Assembly (NCBI GenBank): GCA_950097015.1
Contig: CATNEN010000040.1
Span: forward strand, 1-64,000
DNA length: 64,000 bases
DNA from: Macrostomum hystrix
Taxonomy: Eukaryota; Animalia; Platyhelminthes
Direction: 5' to 3'
Shown one piece after another: positions 1-14,109 of the stretch. The notes under the pieces were generated by a model that saw only the letters and a list, made by a program, of their open reading frames with translations, ran no database searches and was not told where the DNA came from. Positions within the stretch are counted from its first letter, which is position 1; each line of letters begins with the position of its first letter. The position numbers were made by a program, and so were the translations under genes.

Positions 1-3000
1 CTAAACCAGCGTCTGAATCATGGCTAAACCAGAGTTTGAATCATGGCTAAACCAGAGACTAAATCATGGCTAAACCATCATCATCAGCATGGCTAAACTA
101 GAGTTTGAATCATGGCTAAACCATCATCATCAGCATGGCTAAACTAGAGTTTGAATAATGGCTAAACCAGAGTTTGAATAATGGCTACACCAGAGTTTGA
201 ATCATGGCTAAACTAGAGTTTGAATCATGGCTAAACCAGAGTCTGAATCATGGCTAAACCAGCGTCAGAATCATGGCTAAAGCAGAGTTTGAATCATGGC
301 TAAAGCAGAGTTTGAATCATGGCTAAACCAGAGTCTGAATCATGGCTTAACCAGAGTTTGAATCATGGCTAAACCAGAGTTTGAATCATGGCTAAACCAG
401 AGTTTGAATCATGGCTAAACCAGATCTTGAATCATGGCTAAACTAGAGTTTGAATCTTGGCTAAACCAGAGTCTGAATCATGGCTAAACCAGAGTTTGAA
501 TCATGGCTTAACCAGAGTTTGAATCATGGCTAAACCAGAGTTTGAATCATGGCTAAACCAGAGTTTGAATCATGGCTAAACCAGAGTTTGAATCATGGCT
601 AAACCAGAGTTTGAGTCATGGCTAAACCAGAGTCTGAATCATGGCTAAACCAACGTTTGAATCATGGCTAACCTAGAGTCTGAATCATGGCTAAACCATA
701 GTCTGAATCATTGCTAAATAGAGTCTGAATCATGGCTAAACCAGAGTCTGAATCATGGCTAAACCAGAGTCTGAATCATGGCTAAACTAGAGTCTGAATC
801 ATGGCTAAACCAGAGTCTGAATCATGGCTAAACTAGAGTCTGAATCATGGCTAAACCAGAGTTTGAACCATGGCTAAACCAGAGTTTGAATCATGGCTAA
901 ACCAGCGTCTGAATCATGGCTAAACCAGCGTCTGAATCATGGCTAAACCAGAGTTTGAATCATGGCTAAACCAGAGTTTGAATATTGGCAACACCAGAGT
1001 TTGAATCATGGCTAAACCAGCGTCTGAATCATGGCTAAACCAGAGTTTGAATCATGGCTTAACCAGAGTTTGAATCATGGCTAAACCAGAGTTTGAATCA
1101 TGGCTAAACCAGAGTTTGAATCATGGCTAAACCAGATCTTGAATCATGGCTAAACCAGAGTTTGAGTCATGGCTAAACCAGAGTCTGAATCATGGCTAAA
1201 CCAACGTTTGAATCATGGCTAACCTAGAGTCTGAATCATGGCTAAACCATAGTCTGAATCATTGCTAAAATAGAGTCTGAATCATGGCTAAACCAGAGTC
1301 TGAATCATGGCTAAACCAGAGTCTGAATCATGGCTAAACTAGAGTCTGAATCATGGCTAAACCAGAGTCTGAATCATGGCTAAACTAGAGTCTGAATCAT
1401 GGCTAAACCAGAGTTTGAACCATGGCTAAACCAGAGTTTGAATCATGGCTAAACCAGCGTCTGAATCATGGCTAAACCAGCGTCTGAATCATGGCTAAAC
1501 CAGAGTTTGAATCATGGCTAAACCAGAGTTTGAATATTGGCAACACCAGAGTTTGAATCATGGCTAAACCAGCGTCTGAATCATGGCTAAACCAGAGTTT
1601 GAATCATGGCTAAACCAGAGACTAAATCATGGCTAAACCATCATCATCAGCATGGCTAAACTAGAGTTTGAATCATGGCTAAACCATCATCATCAGCATG
1701 GCTAAACTAGAGTTTGAATCATGGCTAAACCAGAGTTTGAGTCATGACTAAACCAGAGTCTGAATCATGGCTAAACCAACGTTTGAATCATGGCTAACCT
1801 AGAGTCTGAATCATGGCTAAACCATAGTCTGAATCATTGCTAAAATAGAGTCTGAATCATGGCTAAACCAGAGTCTGAATCATGGCTAAACCAGAGTCTG
1901 AATCATGGCTAAACCAGAGTCTGAATCATGGCTAAACCAGAGTCTGAATCATGGCTAAACCAGAGTTTGAACCATGGCTAAACCAGAGTTTGAATCATGG
2001 CTAAACCAGCGTCTGAATCATGGCTAAACCAGCGTCTGAATCATGGCTAAACCAGAGTTTGAATCATGGCTAAACCAGAGTTTGAATATTGGCAACACCA
2101 GAGTTTGAATCATGGCTAAACCAGCGTCTGAATCATGGCTAAACCAGAGTTTGAATCATGGCTAAACCAGAGACTAAATCATGGCTAAACCATCATCATC
2201 AGCATGGCTAAACTAGAGTTTGAATCATGGCTAAACCATCATCATCAGCATGGCTAAACTAGAGTTTGAATAATGGCTAAACCAGAGTTTGAATAATGGC
2301 TACACCAGAGTTTGAATCATGGCTAAACTAGAGTTTGAATCATGGCTAAACCAGAGTCTGAATCATGGCTAAACCAGCGTCAGAATCATGGCTAAAGCAG
2401 AGTTTGAATCATGGCTAAAGCAGAGTTTGAATCATGGCTAAACCAGAGTCTGAATCATGGCTTAACCAGAGTTTGAATCATGGCTAAACCAGAGTTTGAA
2501 TCATGGCTAAACCAGAGTTTGAATCATGGCTAAACCAGATCTTGAATCATGGCTAAACTAGAGTTTGAATCTTGGCTAAACCAGAGTCTGAATCATGGCT
2601 AAACCAGAGTTTGAATCATGGCTTAACCAGAGTTTGAATCATGGCTAAACCAGAGTTTGAATCATGGCTAAACCAGAGTTTGAATCATGGCTAAACCAGA
2701 GTTTGAATCATGGCTAAACCAGAGTTTGAGTCATGGCTAAACCAGAGTCTGAATCATGGCTAAACCAACGTTTGAATCATGGCTAACCTAGAGTCTGAAT
2801 CATGGCTAAACCATAGTCTGAATCATTGCTAAAATAGAGTCTGAATCATGGCTAAACCAGAGTCTGAATCATGGCTAAACCAGAGTCTGAATCATGGCTA
2901 AACTAGAGTCTGAATCATGGCTAAACCAGAGTCTGAATCATGGCTAAACTAGAGTCTGAATCATGGCTAAACCAGAGTTTGAACCATGGCTAAACCAGAG

Positions 3001-5472
3001 TTTGAATCATGGCTAAACCAGCGTCTGAATCATGGCTAAACCAGCGTCTGAATCATGGCTAAACCAGAGTTTGAATCATGGCTAAACCAGAGTTTGAATA
3101 TTGGCAACACCAGAGTTTGAATCATGGCTAAACCAGCGTCTGAATCATGGCTAAACCAGAGTTTGAATCATGGCTAAACCAGAGACTAAATCATGGCTAA
3201 ACCATCATCATCAGCATGGCTAAACTAGAGTTTGAATCATGGCTAAACCATCATCATCAGCATGGCTAAACTAGAGTTTGAATAATGGCTAAACCAGAGT
3301 TTGAATAATGGCTACACCAGAGTTTGAATCATGGCTAAACTAGAGTTTGAATCATGGCTAAACCAGAGTCTGAATCATGGCTAAACCAGCGTCAGAATCA
3401 TGGCTAAAGCAGAGTTTGAATCATGGCTAAACCAGAGTCTGAATCATGGCTTAACCAGAGTTTGAATCATGGCTAAACCAGAGTTTGAATCATGGCTAAA
3501 CCAGAGTTTGAATCATGGCTAAACCAGATCTTGAATCATGGCTAAACTAGAGTTTGAATCTTGGCTAAACCAGAGTCTGAATCATGGCTAAACCAGAGTT
3601 TGAATCATGGCTTAACCAGAGTTTGAATCATGGCTAAACCAGAGTTTGAATCATGGCTAAACCAGAGTTTGAATCATGGCTAAACCAGAGTCTGAATCAT
3701 GGCTAAACCAGAGTTTGAACCATGGCTAAACCAGAGTTTGAATCATGGCTAAACCAGCGTCTGAATCATGGCTAAACCAGCGTCTGAATCATGGCTAAAC
3801 CAGAGTTTGAATCATGGCTAAACCAGAGTTTGAATATTGGCAACACCAGAGTTTGAATCATGGCTAAACCAGCGTCTGAATCATGGCTAAACCAGAGTTT
3901 GAATCATGGCTAAACCAGAGACTAAATCATGGCTAAACCATCATCATCAGCATGGCTAAACTAGAGTTTGAATCATGGCTAAACCATCATCATCAGCATG
4001 GCTAAACTAGAGTTTGAATAATGGCTAAACCAGAGTTTGAATAATGGCTACACCAGAGTTTGAATCATGGCTAAACTAGAGTTTGAATCATGGCTAAACC
4101 AGAGTCTGAATCATGGCTAAACCAGCGTCAGAATCATGGCTAAAGCAGAGTTTGAATCATGGCTAAAGCAGAGTTTGAATCATGGCTAAACCAGAGTCTG
4201 AATCATGGCTAAACCAGAGTTTGAATCATGGCTAAACCAGAGTTTGAATCATGGCTAAACCAGAGTTTGAATCATGGCTAAACCAGATCTTGAATCATGG
4301 CTAAACTAGAGTTTGAATCTTGGCTAAACCAGAGTCTGAATCATGGCTAAACCAGAGTTTGAATCATGGCTAAACCAGAGTTTAAGTCATGGCTAAACCA
4401 TAGTCTGAATCATTGCTAAAATAGAGTCTGAATCATGGCTAAACCAGAGTCTGAATCATGGCTAAACCAACGTTTGAATCATGGCTAACCTAGAGTCTGA
4501 ATCATGGCTAAACCATAGTCTGAATCATTGCTAAAATAGAGTCTGAATCATGGCTAAACCAGAGTCTGAATCATGGCTAAACCAGAGTCTGAATCATGGC
4601 TAAACTAGAGTCTGAATCATGGCTAAACCAGAGTCTGAATCATGGCTAAACTAGAGTCTGAATCATGGCTAAACCAGAGTTTGAACCATGGCTAAACCAG
4701 AGTTTGAATCATGGCTAAACCAGCGTCTGAATCATGGCTAAACCAGCGTCTGAATCATGGCTAAACCAGAGTTTGAATCATGGCTAAACCAGAGTTTGAA
4801 TATTGGCAACACCAGAGTTTGAATCATGGCTAAACCAGCGTCTGAATCATGGCTAAACCAGAGTTTGAATCATGGCTAAACCAGAGACTAAATCATGGCT
4901 AAACCATCATCATCAGCATGGCTAAACTAGAGTTTGAATCATGGCTAAACCATCATCATCAGCATGGCTAAACTAGAGTTTGAATAATGGCTAAACCAGA
5001 GTTTGAATAATGGCTACACCAGAGTTTGAATCATGGCTAAACTAGAGTTTGAATCATGGCTAAACCAGAGTCTGAATCATGGCTAAACCAGCGTCAGAAT
5101 CATGGCTAAAGCAGAGTTTGAATCATGGCTAAACCAGAGTCTGAATCATGGCTTAACCAGAGTTTGAATCATGGCTAAACCAGAGTTTGAATCATGGCTA
5201 AACCAGAGTTTGAATCATGGCTAAACCAGATCTTGAATCATGGCTAAACTAGAGTTTGAATCTTGGCTAAACCAGAGTCTGCATCATGGCAAAACTGGAG
5301 TTTGAATCATGGCTTAACCAGAGTTTGAATCATGGCTAAACCAGAGTTTGAATCATGGCTAAACCAGAGTTTGAATCATGGCTAAACCAGAGTTTGAATC
5401 ATGGCTAAACCAGAGTTTGAATCATGGCTAAACCAGAGTCTGAATCATGGCTAAACCAACGTTTGAATCATG
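1..5472 (+). repeat. 23-bp satellite array (GAATCATGGCTAAACCAGAGTYT) with higher-order structure
   Basis: Direct reading. The variant AATATTGGCAACACC recurs at 981, 1533, 2085, 3097, 3833 and 4799, all spacings being multiples of 23. Confidence 0.97.
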
Positions 5473-5629
5473 GAAAAAATTTTATTTTGTCATTGAATCG
5501 AATTCTCTAACTTTTGATTTTGTTGTGTTATATCATCATAATGATATTCAATTAATTCATTTAATTGTTGTACTTCTCAATTTTCTACAAAAGCAGCTAA
5601 TATAAATATTCAACAGGCAAAAATTTTCA

Positions 5630-6560
5630 ACTGAGGATCATTATCAATAGGGAGTAATCATCAAATGAGGGATCATGATCAACTGGGGGATCATTGTCAA
5701 CTAAGGGGTCATTGTCAACCGGCGGATCATTGTCAAATGGGGGATCATTGTCAACTGGGAATCATCATCAATGGGGATTATCATCAATGGGGATTATCAT
5801 CAAATAGGGGATCATGGTCAACTGGGGGATCATGGTCAACTGGGGGATCATTGTCAACTGGTGGAACATTGTCAACTGGGGGATCATCATCAACTGGGGG
5901 ATCATTGTCAACTGGGGGATCATTGTCAACGGGGGGAACATTGTCAACTGAGTATCATCATCAATGGGGATTATCATCAAATCGGGGATCATGGTCAACT
6001 GGGGGATCATTGTCAACTGGGGAATCATTGTCAACTGGGGGATCATTGTCAACTGGGGGATCATTGTCAACTGGGGGATCATTGTCAACTAAGGGGTCAT
6101 TGTCAACCGGCGGATCATTGTCAAATGGGGGATCATTGTCAACTAAGGGGTCATTGTCAACCGGCGGATCATTGTCAAATGGGGGATCATTGTCAACTGG
6201 GAATCATCATCAATGGGGATTATCATCAATGGGGATTATCATCAAATAGGGGATCATGGTGAACTGGGGGATCATGGTCAACTGGGGGATCATTGTCAAC
6301 TGGTGGAACATTGTCAACTGGGGGATCATCATCAACTGGGGGATCATTGTCAACTGGGGGATCATTGTCAACGGGGGGAACATTGTCAACTGAGTATCAT
6401 CATCAATGGGGATTATCATCAAATCGGGGATCATGGTCAACTGGGGGATCATTGTCAACTGGGGAATCATTGTCAACTGGGGGATCATTGTCAACTGGGG
6501 GATCATTGTCAACTGGGGGATCATTGTCAACTGGGGGATCATTGTCAACTGGGGGATCAA
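5630..6560 (+). repeat. 18-bp satellite array (GGGGGATCATTGTCAACT)
   Basis: Direct reading. It explains the LGDHCQ, STGGSL and QLTMIP repeat ORFs. Confidence 0.97.
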
Positions 6561-7309
6561 TCTCATCTAGAGGATAAATGTCATCTGGGGGATCATTTTA
6601 TCTTTAAGAAGCTGTAAATTCAGCTGCTTAAAAGTATATACTCGACGAATTAAAATTTTTTCTGCTCCCCGAAGGGGGGCAAAACTTGCTAGTCCACTAT
6701 ACTAAAAATGAAATGCTTGCTTGCTTGCTTGCTTGCTTGGTTGCTTGTAATTGATTTTCTCCCGAACGGCTCAACCGATTTTCACCATTTCTTCACCAAA
6801 AGATGCCAAATATGGGGACAATTATACACGTATTTTTATTAAGCTTAACTTTATTGCTAAAGGGATTAAATATTCGAAAAACATGATTTTTTCAAAGGTC
6901 AAACCATCTTGGCCTATTGAGAATTTCACTCACTGCCACTGAATTGAAATTGCATCGTCAAATTGCGCAACAACCCCAAGCTGATTGAATTTGAAGCCTG
7001 CACTCTGGAGACAAATTGGAAATAAATGTACACAACCAACCGCGAGACTGAGTGTACTCTATTTTCTCACTTCATTGTACAAAGCCAGAACTTTGAGAAT
7101 TCATTTTATAAGGCTGATTTCTGCACCCACTAACCAACAGTCGGAATAGCCGATGTGTAGGCACTAGGAATAGGTTATAGGCTAGGCTAGGGTTCGATTC
7201 TGCACTGCGTCAAATCATTTTAGACTAATTGTCAGCCAGTAGTGATTGAAGACTATTTTAATTTATTTTTTTCATTTCGTAAATAAAATATCACAAATCA
7301 TAGCAAATC

Positions 7310-8370
7310 TGAGTTTGAATCATTGCAACAATAGCGTCTGAATCATGGCTAAACCAGAGTCTGAAACATGGCTAAACCAGAGCTTGAATCATGGCTAAAC
7401 TGGAGTCTGAATAATGGCTAAACCAGAGTCTGAATCATTGCTAAACAAGAGTTTGAATCATGGCTAAACCAGAGTTTGAATCATTCTAAACCAGCGTTTG
7501 AATCATGGCTAAACCAGAGTTTGAATCACGGCTAAACCAGAGTTTGAATCATGTCTAAACCAGAGCTTGAATGATGGCTAAACCAGTGTTTGAATCATGG
7601 CTAAAGCATAGTTTGAATCATGGCTAAACCAGAGTCTGAATCATGGCTTAACCAGAGTTTGAATCATGGCTTAACCAGAGTTTGAATCATGGCCAAACCA
7701 GAGTTTGAATCATGGCTAAACCAGAGTCTGAATCATGGCAAAACTGGAGTCTGAATCATGGCTAAACCAGAGTTTGAATCATGGCTAAACCAGAGTCTGA
7801 ATCATGGCTAAACCAGAGTTTGAATCATGGCTAAACCAGAGTTTGAATCATGGCTAAACCAGAGTCTGAATCATGGTTAACCTAGAGTCTGAATCATGGC
7901 TAAATTTGAATCAAGGCGAAACCAGAGTTTGAATCATGGCTACACCAGAGTTTAAATCATGGCTAAAACAGAGTTTGAATCATGGCTAAAGCAGACTTTA
8001 AATCATCACAGCGTCTGAATCATGGCTAAACCAGAGTTTGAATCATGGCTAAACCAGAGTTTGAATCATGGCTAAACCAACGTTTGAATCATGGCTAACC
8101 TAGAGTCTGAATCATGGCTAAATTTGAATCAAGGCGAAACTAGAGTTTGAATCATGGCTACACCAGAGTTTAAATCATGGCTAAAACAGAGTTTGAATCA
8201 TGGCTAAAGCACACTTTAAATCATCACAGCGTCTGAATCATGGCTAAACCAGAGTTTGAATCATGGCTAAACCAGAGTTTGAATCATGGTAAAACGAGAG
8301 TTTGAATCATAGCCCACCAGGGTTTAAAACATAGCGAAACCTGAGTTTGAATCTTGGCTAACCCAGCGTT
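7310..8370 (+). repeat. 23-bp satellite array inside Helitron copy 2
   Basis: Same monomer as 1-5472, more diverged. Confidence 0.95.
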
Positions 8371-8384
8371 TGAAAAATCAACGT

Positions 8385-9980
8385 CAATTGGGAGTCATCA
8401 TCAAAATGGGGATCAAGGTAAACTGGGGGATAATTGTCAACTGGAGGATCTTGGTAAGCTGGGGGATAATTGTCAACTGGGGGATCATTGTCAACTGGGG
8501 GATCGTTGTGAACTAGGGGATCATTGTCAATTAGAGGGTAATGGTCAACTGGGGGATAATTGTCAACTGGGGAATCATCATCAAATGGGGGATCATGGTC
8601 AACTTGGGGATCATTGTCAACTGGGGGATCATTGTCAACTGTGGGATCATTGTCAACTGGGGGATCATTGTCAAATGGGGGATCATTGTCAACTGGGGGA
8701 TCATTGTCAACTGGGGGTTCATTGTCAACTGGGGGTTCATTGTCAACTGGGGGATCATTGTCAACTGGGGGAACATTGTCTACTGGGGATCTTCATCAAT
8801 GGGGAATCATCATCAAATGGGGGATCATGGTCAACTCGGGGATCATTGTGAACTGGGGGATCTTTGTCAACTGGGGGATCATTGTCAACTGGGGGATCGT
8901 TGTCAACTGGGGGTTTATTGTCAACTGGGGGATCATTGTCAACTGTGGGATCATTGTCAACCGGCGGGATCATTGTCAACTGGGGGATCATTGTCAACTG
9001 GGGGATCATTGTCAACTGGGGGATCATTGTCAACTGGGTGATCATTGTCAAATGGGGGATCATTGTCAACTGGGGGATCATTGTCAACTGGGGGATCATT
9101 GTCAACTGGGGGATCATTGTCAACTGGGTGATCATCATCAACTGGGGGATCATTGTCAACTGGGGGAACATTGTCAACTGGAGGAACATTGTTAACTAGC
9201 GATCATCATCAATGGGGAGACTTCATCAACTGGGGGATCATTGTGAACTGGGGGATCTTTGTTAACTGGGGGATCATTGTCAACTGGGGGATCATTCTCA
9301 ACTGGGGGATCATTGTCAACTGGGGGATCATTTTCAACTGGGGGATCATCATCAACTGAGGGATCATTGTCAACTGGGGGATCATTGTCAACTGGGGGAT
9401 CATTGTCAACTGGGGGATCATTGTCAACTGGGTGATCATCATCAACTGGTGGATCGTTGTCAACTGGGGGAACATTGTCAAATGGAGGAACATTGTTAAC
9501 TGGGGATCATCATCAATGGGGAGACTTCATCAACTGGGGGATCATTGTGAACTGGGGGATCTTTGTTAACTGGGGGATCATTGTCAACTGGGGGATCATT
9601 GTCAACTGGGGGATCATTGTCAACTGGGGGATCATCATCAACTGGGTGATCATTGTGAACTGGGGGATCTTTGTCAACTGGGGGATCATTGTCAACTGTG
9701 GGATCATTGTCAACTGGGGGATCATTTTCAACTGGGGGATCATCATCAACTGGGGGATCATCATCAACTGGGTGATCATTGGGAACTGGGGGATCTTTGT
9801 CAACTGGGGGATCATTGTCCACTGTGGGATCATTGTCAACTGGGGGATCATTGTCAAATGGGGGATCATTGTCAACTGGGGGATCGTTGTCAACTGGGGG
9901 TTCATTGTCAACTGGGGGTTCATTGTCAACTGGGGGATCATTGTCAACTGGGGGATCATTGTCAACTGGGGGTTCATTGT
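8385..9980 (+). repeat. 18-bp satellite array inside Helitron copy 2
   Basis: Direct reading. Confidence 0.95.
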
Positions 9981-10699
9981 AGCTTTAAAAAGCTGTAAAT
10001 TCAGCTGCTAAAAAGTATATAGTAGACGAATTAAAAGTATTTCTGCTCCCCGAAGGGGGGCAAAACTTGCTAGTCCACTATACTAAAAATGAAATGGTTG
10101 CTTGGTTGCTTGCTTGCTTGGTTGCTTGTAATTGATTTTCTCCCGAACGGCTCAACCGATTTTCACCATTTCTTAACCAAAAGATGCCAAATATGGGGAC
10201 AATTATACACGTATTTTTATTAAGCTTAACTTTATTGCTAAGGGGATTAAATATTCGAAAAACATGCTTTTTGACCATTTTTCAAAGGTCAAACTATCTA
10301 GGCCAATTGAGAATTTCACTCAATGCCACTGAATTAGAATTGCATCGTCAAATTGCGCAACAACCCCTAGCTGATTGAATTTGAAGCCTGCACTCTGGAG
10401 ACAAATTGGAAATAAATGTACACAACCAACCGCGAGACTGAGTGTACTCTATTTTCTCACTTCATTGTACAAAGCCAGAACTTTGAGAATTCATTTTATA
10501 AGGCTGATTTTTGCACCCACTAACCAACAGTCGGAATAGCCTATGTGCAGGCACTAGGAATAGGTTATAGGCTAGGCTAGGGTTCGATTCTGCACTGCGT
10601 CAAATCATTTTAGACTAATTTTCAGCCAGTAGTGATTGAAGACTATTTTAATTTATTTTTTTCATTTCGTAAATAAAATATCATAAATCATAGCACACC

Positions 10700-13600
10700 T
10701 GAGTTTGAATCATTGCAAAAATAGGGTTTAAATCATGGCTAAACCAGAGTTTGAATCATGGCTAAACCAGAGTTTGAATCATGGCTAAACCAGATCTTGA
10801 ATCATGGCTAAACTAGAGTCTGAATCATGGCTAAACCAGAGTCTGAATCATGGCTAAACTAGAGTCTGAATCATGGCTAAACCAGAGTCTGAATCATGGC
10901 TAAAATAGAGTCTGAATCATGGCTAAACCAGAGTCTGAATCATGGCTAAACTAGAGTCTGAATCATGGCTAAAATTAAGTCTGAATCATGGCTAAACTAG
11001 AGTCTGAATCATGGCTAAACTAGAGTCTGAATCATGGCTAAACCAGAGTCTGAATCATGGCTAAACTAGAGTCTGAATCATGGCTAAACCAGAGTTTGAA
11101 CCATGGCTAAACCAGAGTTTCAATCATGGCTAAACCAGCGTTTGAATCATGGCTAAACCAGAGTCTGAATCATGGCTAAACCAGAGTCTGAATCATGGCT
11201 AAACTAGAGTCTGAATCATGGCTAAACTAGAGTCTGAATCATGGCAAAACTGGAGTCTGAATCATGGCTTAACCATAGTCTGAATCATGGCTACAATAGA
11301 GTCTGAATCATGGCTAAACCAGAGTCTGAATCATGGCTAAACTAGAGTCTGAATCATGGCTAAACCAGCGTCTGAATCATGGCTAAACTAGAGTCTGAAT
11401 CATGGCTAAACCAGAGTCTGAATCATGGCTAAACTAGAGTCTAAATCATGGCTAAACCAGAGTCTGAATCATGGCTAAACTAGAGTCTGAATCATGGCTA
11501 AACTAGAGTCTGAATCATGGCAAAACTGGAGTCTGAATCATGGCTTAACCATAGTCTGAATCATGGCTACAATAGAGTCTGAATCATGGCTAAACCAGAG
11601 TCTGAATCATGGCTAAACTAGAGTCTGAATCATGGCTAAACCAGCGTCTGAATCATGGCTAAACTAGAGTCTGAATCATGGCTAAACCAGAGTCTGAATC
11701 ATGGCTAAACTAGAGTCTGAATCATGGCTAAACCATAGTCTGAATCATGGCTAAAATAGAGTCTGAATCATGGCTAAACCAGAGTCTGAATCATGGCTAA
11801 ACTAGAGTCTGAATCATGGCTAAAATTAAGTCTGAATCATGGCTAAAATAAAGTCTGAATCATGGCTAAACCAGAGTCTGAATCATGGCTAAACTAGAGT
11901 CTGAATCATGGCTAAACCAGAGTTTGAACCATGGCTAAACCAGAGTTTGAATCATGGCTAAACCAGAGTCTGAATCATGGCTAAACCAGAGTTTCAATCA
12001 TGGCTAAACTAGAGTCTGAATCATGGCTAAACCAGAGTTTGAACCATGGCTAAACCAGAGTTTGAATCATGGCTAAACCAGAGTCTGAATCATGGCTAAA
12101 CCAGAGTTTCAATCATGGCTAAACCAGCGTTTGAATCATGGCTAAACCAGAGTCTGAATCATGGCTAAACCAGAGTCTGAATCATGGCTAAACCAGAGTC
12201 TGAATCATGGCTAAACTAGAGTCTGAATCATGGCTAAACTAGAGTCTGAATCATGGCAAAACTGGAGTCTGAATCATGGCTTAACCATAGTCTGAATCAT
12301 GGCTACAATAGAGTCTGAATCATGGCTAAACCAGAGTCTGAATCATGGCTAAACTAGAGTCTGAATCATGGCTAAACCAGCGTCTGAATCATGGCTAAAC
12401 TAGAGTCTGAATCATGGCTAAACCAGAGTCTGAATCATGGCTAAACTAGAGTCTGAATCATGGCTAAACCATAGTCTGAATCATGGCTAAAATAGAGTCT
12501 GAATCATGGCTAAACCAGAGTCTGAATCATGGCTAAACTAGAGTCTGAATCATGGCTAAAATTAAGTCTGAATCATGGCTAAACTAGAGTCTGAATCATG
12601 GCTAAACCAGAGTCTGAATCATGGCTAAACCAGAGTCTGAATCATGGCTAAACTAGAGTCTGAATCATGGCTAAACCAGAGTTTGAACCATGGCTAAACC
12701 AGAGTTTGAATCATGGCTAAACCAGAGTCTGAATCATGGCAAAACCAGAGTTTCAATCATGGCTAAACCAGAGTTTCAATCATGGCTAAACCAGCGTTTG
12801 AATCATGGCTAAACCAGAGTTTGAATCATGGCTAAACCAGAGTTTGAATCATGGCTAAACCAGATCTTGAATTATGGCTAAACTAGAGTCTGAATCATGG
12901 CTAAACCAGAGTCTGAATCATGGCAAAACTGGAGTCTGAATCATGGCTAAACCAGAGTTTGAATCATGGCTAAAATAGAGTCTGAATCATGGCTAAACCA
13001 GAGTCTGAATCATGGCTTAACCAGAGTCTGAATCATGGCTAAACTAGAGTCTGAATCATGGCTAAACCAGAGTCTGAATCATGGCTACACCAGAGTCTGA
13101 ATCATGGCTAAACCAGAGTCTGAATCATGGCTACACCAGAGTCTGAATCATAGCTAAACCAGAGTCTGAATCATGGCTAAACCAGAGTTTGAACCATGGC
13201 TAAACCAGAGTTTGAATCATGGCTAAACCAGAGTCTGAATCATGGCAAAACCAGAGTTTCAATCATGGCTAAACCAGAGTCTGAATCATGGCTTAACCAG
13301 AGTCTGAATCATGGCTAAACTAGAGTCTGAATCATGGCTAAACCAGAGTCTGAATCATGGCTACACCAGAGTCTGAATCATGGCTAAACCAGAGTCTGAA
13401 TCATGGCTACACCAGAGTCTGAATCATAGCTAAACCAGAGTCTGAATCATGGCTAAACCAGCGTTTGAATCATGGCTAAACCAGCGTTTGAATCATGGCA
13501 AAACCAGAGCTTGAATCATGGCTAAACCAGAGCTTGAATCATGGCTAAACCAGCGTTTCAATCATGGCTAACCCAGCGTTTGAATCATGGCTAAACCAGC

Positions 13601-14105
13601 GTTTGAATCATGGCTAAACCAGAGCTTGAATCATGGCTAAACCAGAGTTTGAATCATGGCTAAACCAGAGCTTAAATCATGGCTAAACCAGAGTTTGAAT
13701 CATGGCTAACCAGCGTATGAATCATGGCAAAACCAGAGTTTGAATCATAGTCAACCGGAGTCTGAATCATTGCTAAACCAGCGTATGAATCATGGCAAAA
13801 CCAGCGTATGAATCATGGCAAAACCAGCGTTTGAATCATGGCAAAACCAGAGTTTGAATCATTGCTAAACCAGAGTTTGAATCATGGCTAAAAACCAGAG
13901 TTTGAATCATAGCCAACCAGAGTTTGAATCTTGGCTAAACCAGCGTTTGAATCATGGCAAAATCAGAGTTTGAATCATAGCCAACCAGAGTTCGAATCAT
14001 AGTCAACCAGAGTCTGAATCATGGCAAAACGAGAGTTTAAATCATAGCCCACCAGGGTTTAAAACATGGCGAAATCTGAGTTTGAATCTTGGCTTACCCA
14101 GCGTT
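10700..14105 (+). repeat. 23-bp satellite array inside Helitron copy 3
   Basis: Direct reading. Dominated by GAGTCT variants. Confidence 0.95.
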
Positions 14106-14109
14106 TGAA

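Larger units (their letters stand above)
1..6692 (+). mobile_element. Non-autonomous Helitron-like element, copy 1 (5' end outside window)
   Basis: Ends in GC hairpin TGCTCCCC-GAA-GGGGGGCA, then AAACTTG and CTAG (6689-6692), the canonical Helitron 3' terminus. Same array order as copies 2 and 3. Confidence 0.8.
6693..10073 (+). mobile_element. Non-autonomous Helitron-like element, copy 2 (complete, 3381 bp)
   Basis: Starts TCCACTATACTAAAAATG, then a (GCTT)n microsatellite and AACCGATTTT motif, about 600 bp unique sequence, a 23-mer array and an 18-mer array, ending in hairpin + CTAG (10070-10073). No Rep/helicase ORF. Confidence 0.85.

Noticed and set aside
7191-7200. tRNA genes at the GGTTCGA-type motifs (also 18425, 21710, 27155, 39345)
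   Set aside because: No cloverleaf could be built. They are better explained as SINE heads.
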